Below are positions 47,673 to 59,800 of a stretch of DNA of 64,000 nucleotides, in pieces (positions within the stretch are counted from its first letter, which is position 1; each line of letters begins with the position of its first letter). Source of the DNA: Macrostomum lignano. Taxonomy: Eukaryota. The notes under the pieces were generated by a model. That model was not told the origin of the DNA, did not search any database, and saw nothing but the letters and a program-made list of their open reading frames with translations. The stretch is taken from NCBI GenBank assembly GCA_002269645.1, contig NIVC01000212.1:62001-126000 (forward strand), given 5' to 3'. Made by a program: the position numbers and the translations under genes.

Positions 47673-49200
47673 AAGGCTTGAACATCCACTGCTACTGTTC
47701 AGTTATTTTCCACTGTGTGCGGTACCAAACCTGAGTACCTGAGAGCTACCTCCCAGTGTTCATTGAGGTGGTGCAGCTTGGTGAGCCCATCAATCCTTCT
47801 CCTGAGTTCCGTGGTTGGGCAGTGGCAAGTAACATGCTCCATTGTTTCGTCTTCTATCCCGCATACTAGGCAGGTTGCATCAGTGCAACGTCTGATCCTG
47901 TGACAGTAGGCCCTCAGCTCCAGTGAGTGGCTAGTACAAAAATGCGTGAAGCTGGTCTCTTCTACCCTATCCTTATAGTCTGGGTGTCTTGCAGTGCCGT
48001 GGCTGCCGTACGTGTCCACCATCTTGCTATGGGTCCAGTGTTTGCTGTTGCTGCTCTTGGCCTTAGTGTCTGCTGCCAGCCGTCTGCAGACTATGCTGGC
48101 CTGCCAGTATACCCGCCTCTTCCTAGGGCAGCACTGTTGCTTCCCCAGCTACTCTGTCTGCAGCCTCGTTGCCTTCCAGCCTGCAGTGGGCTGGAGTCTA
48201 GCAGAGCACAATCTTCCATCCAGCAAGGCTGATTTTGTCGAGCAGTTTGCAGATCTTAATTGCAATCGGGTTGCAGCCCTGGCCCTAGACTTTCAGAAGG
48301 CCACTTTTGCTGTCTGAGGCTGCTCCTATTTTGTGGTTTTCATGTTGGCAAATCAGCCGCAGCACACTGAGCGGATGCAACTGATGACGGCTGCATAATG
48401 TAAAGTTCATTTCTCTAAGCATTTGTTGAATCCCTTCAATGCTCTGCATTTGGCAATCAGATTGTTCATGATGCAGGTGTCATTTTTGTTAGACATTTGA
48501 GGTGATAATTTATTGGACACTCTAGCACTCGATCAAGATAGGTTGTATTCACAATCTCCCTGACGCATGGGTCGCTCATTGCTGCTGCTGGCGTCTGACA
48601 TGCTGCTTGTGATTGCTGAGAGCCAGGCTTGATAATTCTGACAACTGTTGCAGATTCAGACGATTTAGCATGTCTAGCCATGATTTTCACCAGCTGTTGA
48701 TTGGGCACTCGATTGCTGCAGTCGCTTCACTGCTTTCTTGCCAGCACTCAAAGACCTTGTTGCTGCTGCTTTGATCTAGTAGTTATAGAAACCTCTAGAA
48801 AAACTGAATGTTTTGGTTTTCTAAATTTTCAGATTAGCAAAATGCAATTTAGGTAATCGGCAGTTAAAAACAAAAAAGTTCACATATTTACTGATCCCTA
48901 CATTGCACTGCAAACAAGCTGATAGAAAAACAGACACACAAAGTACCTGTACTAACTGCTGGCTTCTGTCATCCTCAATGTTAAGTTGATCACTGACAAC
49001 AGGTGGCGCACCTTTCCATGATGCCATCAGTAAGGCCATTGATATCAAAGATTACAAGAAGCCACCAATATACTTTTTGTGCCTTGGTTGTTCGAATACG
49101 ATCTTCTTTGGTGCTCATGATTATCTTATATCTAAAGCTGAGTGGGTGGACTGGCCAGGTTTGACACGATCTCCTCCTAGATGGGTGCCAACTCAAATAC
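46900..49200 (-). mobile_element. Degenerate non-LTR retrotransposon remnants (RNase H C-terminus and CCHC fingers)
   Basis: LLWIPSHCGIGGNEEVD (47450-47265); CLVCGIEDETMEHVTCHCP (47699-48022); a second CQYCDMEETMQHIWDC near 47120-47070. Many stops. Confidence 0.62.
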
Positions 49201-50035
49201 GGGACTTATATAATATCAATGCAGAATTTTCTTATGCAACAAATAGGCTATTTTAATGTTGAAAAGGAGACAGATGAGAGTCTCAGTCTGGATGATGGCA
49301 GGCAGTAAATTTTTGCAAACAGGGAAAACAATCTGGTTTATGAAGGTTTATAAAGGATTTAGAGAGAATTTGGAAGATGGGATTTGGGTCATAGGATTCA
49401 GCTGATGGGAGTTCTATCCCCTTTCTCCTCTAGCGGAGGAGTTGGCCTCGTGTAGTATAAATCGAATTACTGTAATTAAACTAACTAATAATAGTGTAAC
49501 TGCTTCTGCTTGCTAAAAATATACTGAAATATAGAAATACACAATACTAAGCTCTAAGTCTTACACTATTTCTTATATGACTGGGGCAGCAAGGAATTCT
49601 CCACTCAAACCTTCCTACCATTGGTTCTGGGGGGGGGTTAGCCTCAGCCAATGAGAGAAAAAATTCCGCAGAATTCCACAGGGGGTCCATGGATTTTGAG
49701 CCTTTGTCCTTGGGCCAAACTCTAACTGCATCAGCTAAGTCAGCTGCTAGTTGGTTGTGTATGTTTGCATGGTCAATTTAATAGATTTATGACTCATTTT
49801 TCGTAATAATTTCCTAGACTAGGTTAAAACAACCATTATTGAAGAGCTTTTTAAAAAGTCAAAATGTATAATTAGTAATGATAAATTATTATTTCATGTT
49901 TTTTACTTATAATTTATGCTTTTGAGTTTAGTAAACTATAATAAAAGTGTAAACTAGACAGTGCATTGCAAACAAAGCATGGATTAATTTATTTTTAACA
50001 ATTTCAGCATATAAATTAGCAATCACACAAATACT

Positions 50036-53000
50036 ATGGCTTCTATGCATTGTGACAGTGCCTCAGAATCTGATGCCTCATCTATTGATGGAAGCAGCTC
50101 AGCATCAGCTGGTCTCAGTTTTGAATCGTTGAAGTGTCGAATGGACTCTCTTTTGCAGGTATTGTCTAATATACTAATCTTTTTTCAATTGAATAGTGAG
50201 TTCTTGTTTTTGTGCAGTTTAATGATTGTGAAATTTTGACTCTGTGAAGTGTTATGATTGTGAATTATTGTCTTTGTGCATTTTAAGTTTTATTGAATCC
50301 TGAAGTTTTGAGTTTGTGAATTTCAAGTCCTTATTTATTAATTGAAAATAACTTTAGGAGAAGCGAGTTCTTCGCATGGAAGCGGAGACTCTGAAGCTGA
50401 GCATCAAGTCGCTTCAGCAGGAGAATCAAAGTCTGCGCCGGACCAGCGTTAACATACAGGCTCAGGCAGAGCAAGAAGAGGAGTACATCACCAATACAAT
50501 GCTAAAGAAGATACAGAGTCTGCAGCAGGAGAAAGAGCGATTAGCGCAAAGCTACGAACAAGAAGAGGAGCATCTTACAAACGATTTAACTAAACGCTTG
50601 CGCACTCTACAGCAGGAGAAAGTTGACCTAGAGGCGCAGCTAGAACGCGAACAGGAGGCTCAAGTTAATAAATTATTGAAACGTATCGACCGCCTTGAAA
50701 ACGAGGTCACCGCCAAGCAATCGGCTTTGGACCAGTTGCGCCAGGAGAAGGTGGCTTTGGAGAATTCTCTCGAACAGGAGCAGGTAAATAAAGTTTCTTT
50801 TGCTTTCATAAAATACCTAATCTTAAATGCAGGATTTTTAATTAGGTAGAGTTGAACAATTGTTAATTTGTGACGATCAAGATTCAATAAGCAATAATAT
50901 TTCACTGTTAAAATTTCACTGTCTATAGTGACAATTTGACTGTCAATCAGTGACAATTTGACTGTCAATCAGTGACAATTTGACTGACAATCAGTGACAA
51001 TTTGACTGTCAATCAGTGACAATTTGACTGTCAATCAGTGACAATTTGACTGTCAATCAATGACAATTTGACAATTTGTGACAATTTTTACTGTCGTCAG
51101 TGTCAATTTGACTGTTACAATCAGTGACAATATTTGACAATTTGTGACAATCAGTGACAATCATCGACAATTTGTGACAATCAGTGACAATTCGACAATT
51201 TGTGACAATCAGTGACAATTTGTGACAATCAGTGACAATTTGTGACAATCAGTGACAATTTGACAATCAGTGACAATTTGTGACAATTTGACCATTTGTG
51301 ACAATTTGACTGCCTGACGATTTCACTGTCAGTGACAAATTCATTGACAATTTGTCAAAATATTTAGTGAGCCTAAATATGAAATCTAATATCATTGTTG
51401 ATACTCCATACTTTGAAGATGGTGTAGTGTAATACGAGTGTTGTCTTTAACTTTCTAAGTGACATCTTTTGAGTAGATGTCTTTCTAATCCATTTACTGC
51501 ATGTTGTATGTAATGTAATCAGGAGTCCTTGGTCAATCGCCTGTGGAAGCAAATGGAAAAACTGGAGGCTGAAAAGAAGAATCTGCAAAAGCGGCAGGAA
51601 GGTGATCAGCAGCCGCAGCGGCGACTGTCCAGCACTTCAGATATGCAGGTAACCGTTGGGTACTGAGCATTTTTATGGCACTATTTGAGTCTGTTGTAGC
51701 AATATATTGATAATCTCCCAATATTATCACCTGGTAATCTCCTAATTTTATCACTTGGGATTCTCCCAATTTTATCAGCTGGGATTCCTCCAATTTTATC
51801 AGCTGGAATTCCCCTAATTTTATCAGCTGGAACTGGGATTCTCCCAATTTTATCGGCTGGGCTTCCCCAATTTTATCAGCTGGAACTGGGATTCTCCCAA
51901 TTTTATCGGCTGATATTTTCCTAATTTTATCAGCTGGAACTGGGATTCTGCCAATTTTATCGGCTGGGATTCCCCAATTTTATCAGCTGGGATTCTCCCA
52001 ATTTTATCGGCTGATATTCTCCCAATTTTATCAACAGGAACTGGGATTCTCCCAATTTTATCAGCTGGGATTCCCCCAATTTTATCACCTAGGATTCTCC
52101 CAATTTTATCAGCTGGGATTTCCCCAATTTTATCACCTAGGATTCTCCCAATTTTATCAGCTGGGATTTCCCCAATTTTATCACCTAGGATTCTCCCAAT
52201 TTTATCACCTAGGATTCTCCCAATTTTATCGGCTGGGATTTCCCCAATTTTATCACCTAGGATTCTCCCAATTTTATCACCTAGGATTCTCCCAATTTTA
52301 TCGGCTGGGATTCCCCCAATTTTATCACCTAGAATTTTCCCAATTTTATCAGCTGGGATTCCCCAATTTTATCAGCTGGGACTGGGATTCTCCCAATTTT
52401 ATCAGCTGATATTCTCCCAATTTTATCACCTAGGAATCTCCCAATTTTATCACTTAGGAATCTCCCAATTTTATCACCTAGAAATCTCCCAATTTTATCA
52501 CCTAGGAATCTCCCAATTTTGTCAGCTGGGATTCCCCCAATTTTATCACCTAGGATTCTCCCAATTTTATCAGCTGGGATTCTCCCAATTTTATCAGCTG
52601 GGATTTCCCCAATTTTATCACCTAGGATTCTCTCAATTTTATCGGCTGGGATTCCCCCAATTTTATCACCTAGGATTCTCCCAATTTTATCGGCTGGGAT
52701 TCCCCCAATTTTATCACCTAGAATTTTCCCAATTTTATCAGCTGGGATTCCCCAATTTTATCAGCTGGGACTGAGATTCTCCCAATTTTATCACCTAGGA
52801 ATCTCCCAATTTTATCACCTAGGAATCTCCCAATTTTATCACCTAGAAATCTCTCAATTTTATCACCTAGGAATCTCCCAATTTTATCAGCTGGGACTGG
52901 GATTATCCGAATTTTATCGGCTGGGATTCCCCCAATTTTATCACCTAGAATTTTCCCAATTTTATCAGCTGGGACTGGGATTCTCCCAATTTTATCAGCT

Positions 53001-53493
53001 GGGATTCTCCCAATATTATCGCATAGAAATGCTTGAATTTTTCCATTCTACCACCTGTTAATTGTTCAAACTTACGATTAAAAGCCATTCTATATCAACA
53101 TTTTCAATAAACAAACAAATGCAGGTAGAATGCAGCCTAGACGACCCCGAAGCCATGCTAAGCAACATCAGCCAGCTCAAAGCTGATTTGGGCAATCTGC
53201 GCAAGCAGCTGGACTCAGCCGAGGCCGGTCATCGCGCCAGCATGTCCCGATTGGTGCACGAGGAGCGCAGCCTACAGGCCGAGAACGTCTGCCTTCGTAA
53301 GCGTCTCGACGACGAAGAATTGAAACGCGATCGACTCACTAGGAATCTGTCTGAATCTGACGCCGGTTCCGATGCTGGCGTTGCTATGGAAACCGAGCCA
53401 AAGCGACAGCAGCTGGAGCCGCTGTGCTTGCATTGTCAGAAGCGTAGGCAGAATCTGATTCCGTCGCCTTCTTGCTCCGGTGGAAGTTCTTGA
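50036..53493 (+). CDS. CCDC6: Coiled-coil domain-containing protein 6 homologue
   Basis: Exons 50036-50158, 50358-50783, 51523-51648 and 53125-53493, all phase 0 and GT-AG. Motifs: [60 protein letters not shown]|[19 protein letters not shown]. Confidence 0.93.
50925..51350. repeat. 22-bp minisatellite TGACAATTTGACTGTCAATCAG, degenerating toward the 3' end
   Basis: CCDC6 intron 2. Confidence 0.9.
51750..53015. repeat. 24-bp minisatellite CTGGGATTCTCCCAATTTTATCAG
   Basis: CCDC6 intron 3. Confidence 0.94.
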
Positions 53494-53533
53494 TTGAATT
53501 TTTATTGGTGATCATGCTTTAGAATAACAAATA

Positions 53534-53792
53534 GGGGTTGTGGCCTAGTGGTTAAAGCGTTAGACTCGTGGTTAAAGGTCGGGGGTTCGATTCCCTCGAC
53601 CCACTCGGAAGTTATAATGTCCTTGAGCAAAACACTTAACTTTCTGCATTGCTTCAGTTCACCCAGCTGTAAAATGGGTGCCAGCATTAGCTGGGGTAAT
53701 TGAGGGACTGAACAGCCGTACGCAGTCTTCAGGTTTCTTCAGCTGACGGTTGCACATCTGGTCATTTGAACAGGTGTAATCAATTATTATTT
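53534..53792 (+). mobile_element. tRNA-derived SINE with MIR/CORE-like central block
   Basis: A box GTGGCCTAGTGGTTAAAGCG; B box GGTTCGATTCCC; central CCTTGAGCAAAACACTTAAC..CAGCTGTAAAATGGG resembling the CORE/MIR consensus; (ATT)n-type tail. Confidence 0.85.
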
Positions 53793-55084
53793 TTATAAAA
53801 TACTTCTGAAGCTCTCTGACTCTGCTCCGAGTGTACATGCCCGTGAGCGTGTGTATGAGCTCGTTCGCTTACTTTATTAGGAAATGGCAACTAAGTATAA
53901 AATTAGTTTCACATTTCTATCATACTACTGTTATTCGAGTTGTTTATGCAAATTCTTATTAATGTCAATGTTATTAATGTCTTTTGGTTGTCGAGATCAT
54001 TAAAATTCCTGTTCCCAGGTGTAATTTTAATATACCGTGGTGTAATTTACAGGTCTGTCGCATACTGTAATAAGCTTCTTTATGACCAACTTAGGAATAT
54101 AGAATAGTAGTGATGACTATTGTCGGTGAAGTTGCTAATAATTAGGCTTTTAAATGGAGAATCCCCATTTGCTGTAGCAGTCCTGCACTGCCACAGAACT
54201 GCACTCGGCCATAGACAATAAAGCCAATCAAAGCCACACTGCCACAGAACTGCTCTTGGCCATAGACAAATTATCAACGTGTCTGACAATAGCTAGCAGT
54301 TATGGTTTGTTTATTTCCATGACTATGCAAGAACTTATTTACAATCCCAATTGTAACTTTCTAGTAAACTTAATTCACCAGAATACCAAATCGTTTTCTT
54401 AATTTCGAGCAATTATTCAGTTTTAAAGGTTCTCTGTTTCGTATTAAACCTATATGTATCTAAGTTGTGCATTTAAAACTTTATTAATCAATAGTTTCTC
54501 AAATAATATTTTTCTATTAGTTTTTAAGCTCAAAACTACGACCTATGAAGTTTTGCCTGTGCGTATTAATTATCCTTGATTCATAATAGATATTTCATCA
54601 TCTTGACGTTTTTTTGACCAGCTTTATTTGTTTTTAAGTTTTGTTTATAATATTAAATGCTTATGCTCATTCGGTAACTAACATTGTAACTCATTTAACT
54701 ATTATAGTGCTACACAGGTATATTTGTAGGCTATTATTATCTGTGAATTTGTTTTTGTTTATCAATTTAGTTATTCCCAATCTAAGAATCATGTGTGTTG
54801 ATCGGTTATTCTGCAAGAAATTGTAAAAATATATAATATGTGTGTACATGTTTTGTTTATTTTTTGATTTAAATATATGACTATAAATTTGTTTGAATGC
54901 TTTTACAAGCACATGTTTAGCAATTAGCCCTCGATTAAAGTCCCATCATAGTTGGACATCTAGGTCGCATCTCAACCACCTTGATCCCATTTTGATACCT
55001 GCATTCAATCTGAACACCTAGATCCCTAGATCTAATCTCAACCCTTTTAAATCCCATATTGATTTTCAGATCCCATATCAATTC

Positions 55085-55445
55085 CTTAAACCCCATTTCG
55101 ATCCTCAGATCCCATCTCAATTCCCTAAATCCCATTTGATCCTCAGATCCCATCTCAATTCCCTAAATCCCTTTTTTGATCCTCAGATCTCATCTCAATT
55201 CCCTAAATCCAATTTGATCCTCAAATTCAAGCTCAATTCCCTAAATCTTTTTTTTGATCCTCAGATCTCATCTCAATTCCCTAAATCCCTTTTTTATCCT
55301 CAGATCTCATCTCAATTCCCTAAATCCATTTATTTGATCCTCAGATCTCATCTCAATTCCCTAAGTCCCATTTTGATCCTCAGATCCTATCTCAATCCTT
55401 TTTTAGATTCCATTTTGATCTTTAGATCCAATCTAAATCCCTAGA
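55085..55445. repeat. ~40-bp degenerate tandem repeat GATCCTCAGATCCCATCTCAATTCCCTAAATCC
   Basis: Direct reading. Confidence 0.85.
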
Positions 55446-55734
55446 TTTTAACTCAGTGTCCTTATACTTATGAGGTATGAATGATAGATAAATATTGAAT
55501 CAAGATCAGATTCAATCAAGCACTCATTTCTATAAAATCTTATACCCCTAATAGTTTTAGCTTGTATCTTGTCTCTGGGATTTCATTAGATCTTTGATTT
55601 CACTTTTATCCCTAGGGCTCATGCTCCATCTCCATATGAGGTAACCCAGTTCAGCCTCTGGAATCTCACTTCAGTCTTTTGGTCTAAAGACATTTTTTGT
55701 TTTAGTCTCTTACTCTAGATCTCTTGATCTCTCA

Positions 55735-56745
55735 CTTTAGTCTCTAGATATCTAGATTCAACACTTAAGTCTCTAGATCTCTAGATCCATTAGCCTCTGG
55801 ATCTCTTGATCCCCAATCAACTCTCTAGATCTCTAGATCCCTCACATTAGTCTCTAGATCTCTAGATCCCTCACAGTCTCTAGATCTCTAGATTCCTCAT
55901 TTTAGCCTCTAGATCTCCAGATCCCTCACAGTCTCTAGATCTCTAGATTCCTCATTTTTTAGCCTCTAAATCTCTAGATCCCTCACAGTCTCTAGATCTC
56001 TAGATCCCTCATTTTAGCCTCTAGATCTCTAGATCCCTCACATTAGTCTCTAGATCTCTGTATTCCTCATTTTAGCCTCTAGATCTCTAGATCCCTCACA
56101 GTCTCTAGATCTCTAGATTCCTCATTTTAGCCTCTAGATCTCTAGATCCCTCACAGTCTCTAGATCTCTGGATTCCTCATTTTAGCCTCTAGATCTCTAG
56201 ATCCCTCACATTAGTCTCTAGATCTCTGTATTCCTCATTTTAGCCTCTAGATCTCTAGATCCCTCACAGTCTCTAGATCTCTAGATTCCTCATTTTAGCC
56301 TCTAGATCTCTAGATCCCTCACAGTCTCTAGATCTCTGGATTCCTCATTTTAGCCTCTAGATCTCTAGATCCCTCACATTAGTCTCTAAAAATCTAGATT
56401 CCTCACATTAGTCTCTAGATCTCTAGAGCCCTCGCATTAGCCTCTATAGATCTCTAGATCCCTCACATTAGTCTCTAGATCTCTAGATCCCTCACAGTCT
56501 CTAGATCTCTGTATTCCTCATTTTAGTCTCTAGATCTCTAGATCCCTCACAGTCTCTAGATCTCTGGATTCCTCATTTTAGCCTCTAGATCTCTAGATCC
56601 CTCACATTAGTCTCTAAAAATCTAGATTCCTCACATTAGTCTCTAGATCTCTAGAGCCCTCGCATTAGCCTCTATAGATTTCTAGATCCCCACTTAAGTT
56701 TTTAGATCTATATAGATCCTTTTCTTTAGTCTCTAGATCTCTAGA
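55735..56745. repeat. Minisatellite built on TCTCTAGATCTCTAGAT
   Basis: Direct reading; ends ~60 bp upstream of the CWC27 ATG. Confidence 0.9.
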
Positions 56746-56806
56746 CCCCCCACTTAAAGTCTTGCAAAATTGACACCTTCAATCTACCAATGAGTCACTG
56801 CTCAGC

Positions 56807-59800
56807 ATGAGCTCAATCTACGTGCTCGAGCCGCCAACGAATGGCCGGGTACTCCTGCAGACCACCGTAGGCAACATCGACATCGAGCTCTGGTCGAAAG
56901 AGGCGCCGAAAGCTTGTAGAAATTTTTTATAATTATGCATGGAAGGTTACTATGACGACACTTTGTTTCATCGCGTTGTGAAGGATTTTATTGTGCAGGT
57001 GAGTAGCTGATTGGCTTCGATTTTGACTGAAATGTTGCACTATGTAAAATCAAGGCATAACTGAGATAATTTGTTATATGACTGCTTATAATTTGTTAAA
57101 CTAGACTCGAATAAGATGCAGGTGAATCAGAAAAGATTTAAGGGAGTGATATACGATTCCACTGAGTGAGATTAGATTCATGGGGAGAGAAATAGAATTC
57201 AAGGAAAGAGAGATAGGATTGATGGAAAGAGGGATAAGATTCATGAGGAGAGAGATAAGATTCATGGAAAGAGAGATATGATTCATGGGGAGCAAGATAA
57301 GATTCCAGTGAGTGAGATAAGATTCATGAGGAGAGATAGGATTCATAGAAAGAGGGATAAGATTCATGAGAAGAGAAATAGGATTCATGGAAAGAGGGAT
57401 AAGATTCATGAGGAGAGAAATAGGATTCATGGAAAGAGGGATAAGATTCATGAGGAGAGAAATAGGATTCATGGAAAGAGGGATAAGATTCATGAGGAGA
57501 GAGATAGGATTCATGGAAAGAGGGATAAGATTCATGAGGAGAGAGAGGATTCATGGAAAGAGGGATAAGATTCATGAGGAGAGAGATAGGATTCATGGAA
57601 AGAGGGATAAGATTCATGAGGAGAGAGATAGGATTCATGGAAAGAGGGATAAGATTCATGAGGAGAGAGATAGGATTCATGGAAAGAGGGATAAGATTCA
57701 TGAGGAGAGAGATAGGATTCATGGAAAGAGGGATAAGATTCATGAGGAGAGAGACAGGATTCATGGAAAGAGGGATAAGATTCATGAGGAGAGAGATAGG
57801 ATTCATGGAAAGAGGGTTAAGATTCATGAGGAGAGAAATAGGATTCATGGAAAGAGGGATAAGATTCATGAGGAGAGAGAGGATTCATGGAAAGAGGGAT
57901 AAGATTCATGAGGAGAGAGATAGGATTCATGGAAAGAGGGATAAGATTCATGAGGAGAGAAATAGGATTCATGGAAAGAGGGATAAGATTCATGAGGAGA
58001 GAGATAGGATTCATGGAAAGAGGGATAAGATTCATGAGGAGAGAAATAGGATTCATGGAAAGAGGGATAAGATTCATGAGGAGAGAGAGGATTCATGGAA
58101 AGAGGGATAAGATTCATGAGGAGAGAGATAGGATTCATGGAAAGAGGGATAAGATTCATGAGGAGAGAAATAGGATTCATGGAAAGAGGGATAAGATTCA
58201 TGAGGAGAGAGATAGGATTCATGGATTCATGGTACACTGAGATAAGATACAACCTAGCAAAAGGAAGGTGGCGAGAACATCACAGGAAATTCCGCACTGC
58301 CACGTTGCTATTTATTTCAATACCAAAATTCTTCAACTCTCTGTTAGGGCGGCGATCCAACCGGCACCGGGGAAGGCGGCGACAGCGTGTTCGGCAAACC
58401 GTTCGGGCTGGAGCTGCACTCGCGGCTGCGATTCAATCGGCGCGGACTGGTTGGCATGGCCTGTCTGCAGCCTGGCCAGAATGGCAGTCAGTTCTTTTTT
58501 ACACTGGCAGCCACTCCGGAGTTGGAGAAGCACAATACTATTTTTGGACAGGTGCGAGAAAATTCATCCAAGAGTCGTGTTGTGTTAGCGCTTAACTTTC
58601 TACTAACTCAAGTAGACTAAATAGAGTTGTTTTAAATGCGAAATGCGATTCTACTTCATCAAGTGACGCAGATGCACTTTAGATGCAACTCAGTGTTTCC
58701 ACAGGTGAGACTTAAGTAAAAGTGCCATATTTAAGCTCTGCAGGTGAGACTTAAGTAAAAGTGCTATATTTAAGCTCTACAGGTGAGACTTAAGTAAAAG
58801 TGCCATATTTAAGCTCCGCAGGTGAGACTTAAGTAAAAGTGCTATATTTAAGCTCTGCAGGTGAGACTTAAGTAAAAGTGCCATATTTAAGCTCTGCAGG
58901 TGAGACTTAAGTAAAAGTGCCATATTTAAGCTCTGCAGGTGAGACTTAAGTAAAAGTGCCATATTTAAGCTCCACAGGTGAGACTTAAGTAAAAGTGCCA
59001 TATTTAAGCTCCGCAGGTGAGACTTAAGTAAAAGTGCCATATTTAAGCTCTGCAGGTGAGACTTAAGTAAAAGTGCCATATCTAAGCTCCGCATGTGAGA
59101 CTTAAGTAAAAGTGCCATATCTAAGCTCCACAGGTGAGACTTAAGTAAAAGTGCCATATTTAAGCTCTGCAGGTGAGACTTAAGTAAAAGTGCAATATTT
59201 AAGCTCCACAGGTGAGACTTAAGTAAAAGTGCCATATTTAAGCTCCGCAGGTGAGACTTAAGTAAAAGTGTCATATTTAAGCTCCGCATGTGAGACTTGA
59301 GTAAAAGTGCCATATTTAAGCTCCGCAGGTGAGACTTAAGTAAAAGTGCCATATTTAAGCTCCGCAGGTGAGACTTAAGTAAAAGTGCCATATCTAAGCT
59401 CTGCAGGTGAGACTTAAGTAAATGTGCCATATTTAAGCTCCGCAGGTGAGACTTAAGTAAAAGTGCCATATTTAAGCTCCGCAGGTGAGACTTAAGTAAA
59501 AGTGCCATATTTAAGCTCCGCAGGTGAGACTTAAGTAACAGTGCCATATTTAAGCTCCGCAGGTGAGACTTAAGTAAAAGTGCCATATTTAAGCTCCGCA
59601 GGTGAGACTTAAGTAAAAGTGCCATATTTAAGCTCCGCAGGTGAGACTTAACTCCCTGTACCTAATAAACTTTGGTATTAAAATTCTTGCCGCCAAATCG
59701 ATAGATAATGCATTAGTTGCCGCTCGCAGGTGGTCGGCAACTCCCTATTCAACATGCTACGCTTAGCTGAATGCGAAACCGACCAGCAGGAGCGACCGTT

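Noticed and set aside
56930-56932. TAA reassigned to Gln (variant nuclear code)
   Set aside because: Single instance. All other exons use CAA/CAG and have no internal TAA/TAG.
58705-59648. CRISPR-like array
   Set aside because: Units are contiguous with no unique spacers, there are no cas genes and the context is eukaryotic. The same applies to the other arrays.
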